Origin: a virus
Taxonomy: Duplodnaviria; Caudoviricetes
Virus record (IMG/VR): IMGVR_UViG_3300027956_000004
Location: 1-34,017 of that record
Strand: one strand, 5' to 3'
Length of the DNA: 34,017 bases
The notes under the pieces: generated by a model
Database searches by the model: none
The model's input: the letters and a program-made list of their open reading frames with translations, nothing else
Told to the model about the DNA's origin: nothing
Made by a program: the position numbers and the translations under genes
In this document: positions 27,269 through 34,017 of the stretch, piece after piece
How the letters are laid out: every line of letters begins with the position of its first letter
Numbering within the stretch: the first letter of the stretch is position 1

Positions 27269-27727
27269 CTAAACTTTACAAAGTGAGAAATACAGATTTG
27301 CCTCTTCGCGCCTGCGATTGGTTAGCCCTGCAAGCACCTTGCCGCCTGCCTTATTCCATCTTAGGAACTCGTCAAGTATCGAAGGGTCGGCATGGTTTGC
27401 TTTGGCTTTCTTAAGCAACGTGGATTTAATTAATGCGCCCGTGCCGACATTGTAGGCGAAGCAAACCAACGCATCGAACTGGCATTGATTAATATTCGGT
27501 AGGTGCTTATTTACCGCCGCTTCAAATGGCTCAAGCGTGGCAAGTAGCAATTGCGTTGCTTCCTTTTCGTTTGCGAGCTTTTCGCCTAAAAGAATCTTTT
27601 TGCCGTTCGGGTAGCGTGTCGAGCCGTAGCCTATCGTAACTACGGAAGCAGGGCATAGGTAACTTGTGAGCCTTAAGCCCTCGTACTTCTTGATTAGATT
27701 CAGACCGAGAAGCGAGGTGCTGCGCAT
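27269..27727 (-). CDS. Endolysin, GH24 phage lysozyme
   Basis: EGLRLTSYLCPASVVTIGYG, QFDALV.FAYNVG and GLTNRRREE motifs. Confidence 0.95.
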   Translation of the reverse strand: MRSTSLLGLNLIKKYEGLRLTSYLCPASVVTIGYGSTRYPNGKKILLGEKLANEKEATQLLLATLEPFEAAVNKHLPNINQCQFDALVCFAYNVGTGALIKSTLLKKAKANHADPSILDEFLRWNKAGGKVLAGLTNRRREEANLYFSLCKV

Positions 27728-28221
27728 TAGATGATAAGGTATTGAAATGTTACAGATGCGTTTAAGACGCTACCAGCAACACCGTCAATTTGAATCTGCC
27801 CTAAATCCAAAGAGTCATTTGCAGCAATTGCTGAACCAGTGTAATTAGATGAATCATCTACTGATAATGTACCAATTAAATTTTGATTTGAGTTAAAATT
27901 TGATGGCACTGGCAAATCAAAATTAAAAGTAACACTTGTATCAGCAACATCATAATTCACAGAAAATCTAAAAGAACAAGTTACAGCATTACCAACTTGC
28001 GACCAATGCATATCGCTTACACCGCCAATTGTAGTCGAACTTGGTGTTTCATTGCTAATTGTTGGAGCAAATACACCGCTATTCAACTGAGGCATCCCAT
28101 CATAGATATTCTGCACCTCAATCTGCTTGCTTGTGTTGGTGCTTGTATCAACAATGTACATTACATCATCGCTCGCTGCCGTGCCTAATGTGGTTAAATC
28201 GGTTACTTTAACGCCTGCCAT
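27727..28221 (-). CDS. Short fibre/decoration-like protein
   Basis: N-terminal KVTDL..DD.MYIVD...KQI segment plus a beta-rich C-terminus; -7 box at 28243-28250. Confidence 0.55.
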   Translation of the reverse strand: MAGVKVTDLTTLGTAASDDVMYIVDTSTNTSKQIEVQNIYDGMPQLNSGVFAPTISNETPSSTTIGGVSDMHWSQVGNAVTCSFRFSVNYDVADTSVTFNFDLPVPSNFNSNQNLIGTLSVDDSSNYTGSAIAANDSLDLGQIQIDGVAGSVLNASVTFQYLII

Positions 28222-28239
28222 AGTATGTGCTTTAGGTTT

Positions 28240-28443
28240 TTACAAAGGTAGTGTTTCTTTTGGAATATATTCAATCGCTGGCAATTGCTTAACCCAGTCG
28301 ATGGTCGTGCTGCTTACTTCCTCGCTGCTTATTATCCAAGTATCGTTTGCATCCTGAATGGGGTTGAATGTCATATCTGCGACATATTGAACGCCTCGCA
28401 ATTGCTCGGCTTGTTCGGGTGTGAGTTGGTAAACTGTAATCAT
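28240..28443 (-). CDS. Small fibre-module protein
   Basis: FNPIQDANDTWIIS.EE; follows 28447-29247. Confidence 0.65.
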   Translation of the reverse strand: MITVYQLTPEQAEQLRGVQYVADMTFNPIQDANDTWIISSEEVSSTTIDWVKQLPAIEYIPKETLPL

Positions 28444-28446
28444 ATT

Positions 28447-29247
28447 TTACACATTTCTATTTAAGGTAGTTTGGAAGGTTTGAATAGTATTGTATAGGTT
28501 TAGGTTTTCTGTTGGTGTTAAGCCTTGCCCCATAAATGCAAAAGAATATTGGCGCGAATCATATTGAATTAAATTGCCTCCGTTATTCCTTACCATTAAT
28601 GCCATATTTATTGCTGAAATTGCAGCGACTGAATTACTTGTAGTATTTCTAACGAGAACACCATTTCGATAAAGCAAAGAATTTGTAGAAACTAGTCTAT
28701 TTGATACAAATAACCCCCTTGAGTCAGAAATAAAATTACCGTTTCCATTTAAAATAAAGTTATTTGTAGAATAGTATGTATTGTTATCTGTAAACTTTAT
28801 ATACAAAACTACTCCAAAAAAAGTCCCAGTTGTGTCTGCTCCATTACCACCACTTAAAGAATTAGTCCTTGAATACAATCCAAACGATAAATTATTTTGA
28901 GCATAATTCGTTAACGGAAAAAATGTATTTGCATATCCATTAACCCCATTGCCTTGAATACCATTGCTTGTATGAGTAACGCCACCCACAAACGAAAGCC
29001 TAAAAGCTGCATTAGTATCAGCAGGATTTTTTAGGTTGAATTTATGAGTTGTGGCATTACCACCAACAAAAGGGTAAATTGCTTGACACTTTGCCCAAGT
29101 TCCGTCAGCTTTCATTGATGTTACAAGCGTACAAATAGCCGATGCGATTGTCGGGTTTGTAATCCCTGTTGCAGTTAAGAAAGCATTTGCATCTGAATCG
29201 GCGCATCCAGCCACCGCATAAACATAAGGGTTAATTATGAAGCTCAT
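28447..29247 (-). CDS. Fibre-associated protein, possible lectin-like beta sandwich
   Basis: 266 aa, Asn/Gly/Thr-rich; AIYPFVGG..HKFNLKNP. Confidence 0.6.
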   Translation of the reverse strand: MSFIINPYVYAVAGCADSDANAFLTATGITNPTIASAICTLVTSMKADGTWAKCQAIYPFVGGNATTHKFNLKNPADTNAAFRLSFVGGVTHTSNGIQGNGVNGYANTFFPLTNYAQNNLSFGLYSRTNSLSGGNGADTTGTFFGVVLYIKFTDNNTYYSTNNFILNGNGNFISDSRGLFVSNRLVSTNSLLYRNGVLVRNTTSNSVAAISAINMALMVRNNGGNLIQYDSRQYSFAFMGQGLTPTENLNLYNTIQTFQTTLNRNV

Positions 29248-31241
29248 GCGTAAGTTCCAATTAACATTACTTTCAAACCTGTTGCCGTGCCATTTCCGAT
29301 TTGGTCGATGTCGATTGTGATTTCAGCATCATCTGCTAATGCGGTATCGCTTATTACTGGCGGCGTTGCTGCCGTGCTGCTTGTGTTTTCGGTATTGTCA
29401 ATTGTAAGCTTGGTGCTAAGTATTGAGCTGCCGCCCTCGTTTATATCAACGGTGAATATACTGCCGCTTGCTTGGGCTGTTGTGAGCGATGCCCGAACTG
29501 AGGTAAGGGTAACAGCTCGCGGCATCCTGAATGTAATCTTTGCCGTGCCTGCCGTTAGTGCAGTTGTTTCATCCGATGCAGCAACTACCAACTCAAAAGG
29601 CAATGAAGCGAGAGAGCCATCGCCCCTCAAGTATTGCGAGGTCGTGCCTGTTGGCGTGTTAAATTTTGCGTTCCATGTCGCAGCACTTGCAATGTAAGCA
29701 TCAGCTAAGTCAGTAGTCAAATGTAACTCATCTATCAAAGTTACACCCCCCGTAATTGATGCTGCATTTCCTGAGCCGCTTGATTTAACAACTGTCAATG
29801 CCTCACCGTTACCGCCTTTAGTAATTGATGCAGCAACACCACTACCACTTGGATGGTTAATTACTAAATCTTTAGCACTCAAAGTGTGAGTCCCTAAATC
29901 AACATTATTAGTTGCGCCAGTGTAGGGCACAAAACCTGTCACTACTGGTATAGTTGGTTTATTTAAAATCTCAGCAAGTCCACTTGTAGCATTCCAATCT
30001 GAATTTACTTGTGCGGGCGGTATTGCAGGGAATGTCGTTGGTGTTCCTGCCCCGTCAAGGTATTGAGTATTGTTTCCCGTTGGGGTATCGAACTTGCCAT
30101 CGAAGGTGTTCCAATCAGCCGAGCTGAGGTAGCCGTCTGTCGTGGTATCGGCTTGGCTTATGCTTATGTCGGGAGTAGTGCCGCCGCTTGAACTTAGTGG
30201 CAAGGTTGCTGTTACATCCTCAACAATGGTCGCAGGCAAAACGGGAATCGTTGGCTTGTTCAATATCTCAGCTACACCGCTTACCGCATTCCAATCGGAA
30301 TTAACTTGCGCGGCTGGAATAGTTGGCTTGTTTAATATTTGATTATTGCCGCTTGTTGCGTTCCAATCTGAGGGCTGTTGAACCGTTGGAAAGCCCGCGC
30401 CAAGATTAACCCAATAGGTAGTATTTGTTGGCAGTATTGAATCGTTCGCAGCGATGCAGCGATAAACGTTGCCATTGTACCAAACGATGTTTCCAATCGC
30501 ATAAGCATTGCCAGTTGCGCTTAAATGGTCGGTCGTAAACGGCAATGCTATTAAAGCACCGCCACCGCCACCGCCACCAATTGCTATTAACGGGTCGGCG
30601 GGTGTACCGTTTCCTGTAATGGTCACCCCATCCACAGCAACCTCAGTCAAGCAAGGCGTGCATGGCTCGAAGTCTGGGAGCGGAATGTCACCAGTTGCGC
30701 AAGTATCGTAGCAGCCGTCCTCGCTTGAGGTGCTGATATTCACATCCACATCAATTGCAACAGCGGCCCATTCATAATTCACCGGCAAATATCTGATCTC
30801 ATTCTGGTAGCCACTTGGTACAACTTCGTAAGCAATCACGCCAATGGCAGCCTTGAATTGCGGATCCGTTCCACTGATCAACCTCAGCACTCTAGATGCT
30901 ACCCAATCCTGTGCATCGGCAGAGTCGCAAGGCAAGTGTGATTTTCGCACCATTGCATAAGCCGTCATGCTGAAGCGTGTCTCATAAATAGACTTGCATC
31001 CGGCTAACCTCAAAGAGTCATTCTTGGCCACTGTGATCTTGCCACGCTTGGCCCAGAACAATGTGCCCTGCTTTGCATCAAAGTTCGTTACAGGAATCGC
31101 CTGACCATTGCCAATGTAAAAGCCCCACGCCTTGTCATTGCCTTCGCCTACGGGCTCGCTAAGGCCGTAAATCTGATCGAAGATATTGCCGACTTCAATG
31201 CGTTGGTTGAGTCTGTCCAGTATGGTAGAAAGTAGATTCAT
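29244..31241 (-). CDS. Mosaic neck/tail-completion-like plus fibre protein
   Basis: Globular N-terminus, Gly linker, CBM5/12-like YAIGNIVWYNGNVYRC, and three SDWNAxSG..ILNKPTIP repeats. Confidence 0.65.
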   Translation of the reverse strand: MNLLSTILDRLNQRIEVGNIFDQIYGLSEPVGEGNDKAWGFYIGNGQAIPVTNFDAKQGTLFWAKRGKITVAKNDSLRLAGCKSIYETRFSMTAYAMVRKSHLPCDSADAQDWVASRVLRLISGTDPQFKAAIGVIAYEVVPSGYQNEIRYLPVNYEWAAVAIDVDVNISTSSEDGCYDTCATGDIPLPDFEPCTPCLTEVAVDGVTITGNGTPADPLIAIGGGGGGGALIALPFTTDHLSATGNAYAIGNIVWYNGNVYRCIAANDSILPTNTTYWVNLGAGFPTVQQPSDWNATSGNNQILNKPTIPAAQVNSDWNAVSGVAEILNKPTIPVLPATIVEDVTATLPLSSSGGTTPDISISQADTTTDGYLSSADWNTFDGKFDTPTGNNTQYLDGAGTPTTFPAIPPAQVNSDWNATSGLAEILNKPTIPVVTGFVPYTGATNNVDLGTHTLSAKDLVINHPSGSGVAASITKGGNGEALTVVKSSGSGNAASITGGVTLIDELHLTTDLADAYIASAATWNAKFNTPTGTTSQYLRGDGSLASLPFELVVAASDETTALTAGTAKITFRMPRAVTLTSVRASLTTAQASGSIFTVDINEGGSSILSTKLTIDNTENTSSTAATPPVISDTALADDAEITIDIDQIGNGTATGLKVMLIGTYA

Positions 31242-31798
31242 GATTTGTTCATTGCGTTGGTTATTTGTTCAGCAAGTAGAATGGCATGCTCTTCAAGCAT
31301 TGCCTCTTGCTCTTCTTTGGTCGGCAGAAAAATGGTTCCGTACTTAGCCTCAAGACCATCAACCTTGCCACTCTCAGATCCAGGCAAAGCAATTGCAGCC
31401 TCCAATCCTTCTGTGATTACTTCCTCCGACAAGAATCCACCTTTTAATTTTCCGGTTAGTTCCAGCGGAAGCTTTGCAGATGTGCCTTGCTTAAGTTGCG
31501 CATAACCGCCTGGGAAGAAAAGCGACTTAATAGGCGTACCTCTCTTGCCGACCTTGAATTTCGATGGTGCATTTCTTAGGCTTCTTGGGCTGACATAGAT
31601 TGGCGTTGAGCTGTATGGCTTGGTCGGCAACTTCTCGCCTGCCGTATTGGTTCCACCTGATGAGCCAGTGCCGAATATACGCTTGAACATTATACGCTTC
31701 AATTCTCGTACTGGGCCATACAAAACAGTAAAGTTTGATGTGAATGCCTGATACAAGCTATCAAGGTTCTTTTGAATTTCAGATGGAGTTGCAGCCAT
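31238..31798 (-). CDS. Probable neck/virion morphogenesis protein
   Basis: Basic, LELTGKL motif, second gene after the capsid. Confidence 0.5.
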   Translation of the reverse strand: MAATPSEIQKNLDSLYQAFTSNFTVLYGPVRELKRIMFKRIFGTGSSGGTNTAGEKLPTKPYSSTPIYVSPRSLRNAPSKFKVGKRGTPIKSLFFPGGYAQLKQGTSAKLPLELTGKLKGGFLSEEVITEGLEAAIALPGSESGKVDGLEAKYGTIFLPTKEEQEAMLEEHAILLAEQITNAMNKS

Positions 31799-32835
31799 TA
31801 TGGAAGTGCTGTGACGTACTTCATGTTGCGCCTACAATCCCAGCAGTGCGTGTCATCAGGCAAGCGCATGTTCTGCAACATTGCTCCAAGTTCTTCTGCA
31901 TAGCGTGAAGCTGCGATGTCTCTTGCTGCCATTAGGCCCTCTTGCAACTCGGTCTTGTTAGATCCACGATTCACAATCACAGTTGTGTTAACCCTTTGAT
32001 TCGGGCTTACCGTGAGTGCATAGTTGTAAATCTCAACGGCTGTGGCATAGGCTAATGATAAGGCCATCGTGCCACCAATCGAACATATCCATCCTTGGCG
32101 GTCGCAGCTCACTGAATAGTTGATGCTCATGCCAGCGGTGTACTTGCTCGACTTGCTTGTCAGCACGTTCGTGCCATCGGTAGTCAGTTCAATGCCAATC
32201 GCATCCACAAATGGGCAGATGTGCGATTCCTTTGGCCCGCCTCCGCAACTTGTGCAAGTGCCCTTCTTTGGCGTGAACTTCACAGCATTCATGGTTGACT
32301 GATACACGATGGCAATGTCCATCTTGCGCCGTGCTGATGTGAATGTCTTTCCAAGGTACTGGTCAACGGATCCTTGGAAGTAAGTAAATGACTCAAGCAA
32401 CTTGCCTGTTGTCATGTCGAAAATCAAGATTGGCACATTGGTATTCCCCGATGTGATTGCGATGTTGATGTCCGCTAAGTAAAAGTTGAGGAAAGATATC
32501 GTATTAGGATCAATCTTCAATCTGATGCCTGCATAATTGCCGGCACCAAGTGCAGTCTGCATGTTGATATAGTTGGACAAAACTTGTCCAATCCTTCGCC
32601 CCTCAATCACAGTATCGCTCTTCATCATCGGGCTAAGTTTAGTCAGCACATCAGATGAAAGCTTGCGCCATGCAAAGGCTCGCTTGTCTGCAAATAACTC
32701 AGCACCGTTGTTGTATTGGTCAGTGATTAGCTGGCCCAAGAATGTAGTGTTGATTCCGAGGTCATCGATATAGAGCCCAGTCGATGGCTCAAAGCCTTCG
32801 CAGTCTCTTAATCCTACAAGTGATTCAATGCACAT
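31798..32835 (-). CDS. Probable head-tail adaptor
   Basis: First gene after the capsid; start MCIESL at 32835, below TATCTTTG (32850-32857). Confidence 0.5.
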   Translation of the reverse strand: MCIESLVGLRDCEGFEPSTGLYIDDLGINTTFLGQLITDQYNNGAELFADKRAFAWRKLSSDVLTKLSPMMKSDTVIEGRRIGQVLSNYINMQTALGAGNYAGIRLKIDPNTISFLNFYLADINIAITSGNTNVPILIFDMTTGKLLESFTYFQGSVDQYLGKTFTSARRKMDIAIVYQSTMNAVKFTPKKGTCTSCGGGPKESHICPFVDAIGIELTTDGTNVLTSKSSKYTAGMSINYSVSCDRQGWICSIGGTMALSLAYATAVEIYNYALTVSPNQRVNTTVIVNRGSNKTELQEGLMAARDIAASRYAEELGAMLQNMRLPDDTHCWDCRRNMKYVTALP

Positions 32836-32856
32836 CTTTTTATTTTTTACAAAGAT

Positions 32857-32886
32857 AAAAAAAAGAGCGGCCATTTAGCCGCCCTT
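32857..32886 (-). terminator. Intrinsic terminator after the capsid gene
   Basis: GGGCGGC-TAAATG-GCCGCTC followed by a long U-tract. Confidence 0.8.
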
Positions 32887-32888
32887 CT

Positions 32889-32978
32889 TTATTGCGTGGT
32901 TAGATTATCTAATCCGCTCTGGGTCAATAAGTCCTCATAGTCTTGCGAGAGTAATCCTACCGACCCTATTACGGGTTT
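32889..32978 (-). other. -1 frameshift signal and 27-aa capsid extension
   Basis: A AAC CCG heptamer, 5-nt spacer, 11-bp stem, and a -1 frame open to TAA at 32889. Confidence 0.7.
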
Positions 32979-34015
32979 GCAATCTGAACACAGTTAACAT
33001 AGTTAACACCAGCATACTTGTCAGAAGACTCGTAAATGTCAGTTGGAAGAGTTACAATCTTTCCAGTTGTAGTCAACACGATTGACAAGTTACCGCAGTC
33101 ATCCTTCATTGTCAAATCAACTGGTACTCCAGCAGGTGTGAACACCAAAGTCTTAGAGTAGTTTGATCCAGCAACAGGAGTGATGCCTGTGTTCCAATCA
33201 GCCAAGTTGAATGATAACCACTGGATTGCTCCGGCAGTTGTCACCAAGTTCTTAAGCTGTGAACCTTGAGCAGCAGCTACGCGAGAATCGTAAGCAAAGC
33301 CGAATCCGTTCTGCTGGCTGATAGCCAACAAGTCGATGCCGAACTGCGTGCAGCAACCAGCTTGCACAGCATTAGCATAACGCTGCATCTCAGCACCACC
33401 AAATACCACAGGCGCACCTGGATAGTTAGCCATGCGAGTTGCTTGAAGGATGTCAGCAAGTGCGAACTCGTTCAATGCTTGACCGCCAGTCTGGCGAGTA
33501 GCAATTTGCAAGCAGTCACCAGTTACAGTGTAGTAACCTTCAACTTCAGTGCCCCATTCTCCGATGTCAGCAACAGCCTGAACAGCAGCAGCAGAAGCAA
33601 CCTTGCGGTCGATTACATCCATCAAACGCATAACCGACTCAAGCACATAGCGAGAGTTCTCTTGGCAATGGCGAGCGATGTCAGCAGCATTGATTAACTG
33701 AGATGCAGTGTAGGTGTCAGTTGTATCAACTGTGTAAGTTGTTGTGCTGTCACCGTAGTTGTTGGTTGAAGTACAAGTAAGGATGTCGCCACCTTCTTCT
33801 ACTTCTGTTTCAGGCAAACGCTGAATCCAACGTGCTTCAACTGTTTTTAATTTTCCACCGCCTGGAGAAACCTCAGTGCGGATTAGTTTAGTGTTTTCAG
33901 GTGAAAGCAAAAACTCTAAGAAAGGCAATTGCTCACGCTGACCAACTTCGATAAAGAGTTCGCTAAGTGACATTTGCACATTAGGACACTCCGATAGAAT
34001 GCGAGATATAGACAT
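32969..34015 (-). CDS. Major capsid protein
   Basis: 348 aa, downstream of the scaffold across the circular junction, with its own promoter and terminator. Confidence 0.8.
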   Translation of the reverse strand: MSISRILSECPNVQMSLSELFIEVGQREQLPFLEFLLSPENTKLIRTEVSPGGGKLKTVEARWIQRLPETEVEEGGDILTCTSTNNYGDSTTTYTVDTTDTYTASQLINAADIARHCQENSRYVLESVMRLMDVIDRKVASAAAVQAVADIGEWGTEVEGYYTVTGDCLQIATRQTGGQALNEFALADILQATRMANYPGAPVVFGGAEMQRYANAVQAGCCTQFGIDLLAISQQNGFGFAYDSRVAAAQGSQLKNLVTTAGAIQWLSFNLADWNTGITPVAGSNYSKTLVFTPAGVPVDLTMKDDCGNLSIVLTTTGKIVTLPTDIYESSDKYAGVNYVNCVQIANP

Positions 34016-34017
34016 GA
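33891..34017. repeat. Terminal direct repeat, copy 2
   Basis: Identical to 1-127. Confidence 0.95.

Noticed and set aside
29945-30380. Fibre repeats as a CRISPR array or DGR template/variable repeats
   Set aside because: They are in-frame protein repeats with divergent DNA, and I see no reverse transcriptase or cas gene.
32836-32874. Track start of the 358-aa ORF (also track starts at 25135, 16726 and 13863)
   Set aside because: These extensions run through promoters, terminators or upstream genes; downstream ATGs fit better.

Overview
Apparently complete, circular ~33.9-kb tailed-phage genome: the first 127 nt repeat the last 127 nt, most likely assembly overlap. All credible genes are on the minus strand. 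A Bacteroidota host is inferred from about eleven TAnnTTTG -7 promoter boxes at gene boundaries and a BT4734-like/PriCT-2/VapE primase-helicase. In transcription order: early/replication genes (SSB-like, PD-(D/E)XK exonuclease, HNH, SF2 helicase, primase, probable origin with (TG)16, VRR-NUC), TerS/TerL, tail chaperone, tape measure, two tail-tip proteins, probable tail tube, glycosyltransferase and methyltransferase, portal, minor head, scaffold, major capsid, neck/fibre genes, then lysis. I recognised no integrase, DNA polymerase, tRNA or CRISPR array. Main observations: (1) a -1 frameshift signal at the capsid stop that would add a 27-aa tag resembling the C-terminus of a tail protein; (2) a separately promoted PAS + histidine-kinase DHp protein lacking an ATPase domain inside the lysis cassette; (3) a 12-bp motif in opposite orientation at the capsid and tail-tube promoters; (4) a candidate small RNA. 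All calls come from motifs read by eye; no searches were run.
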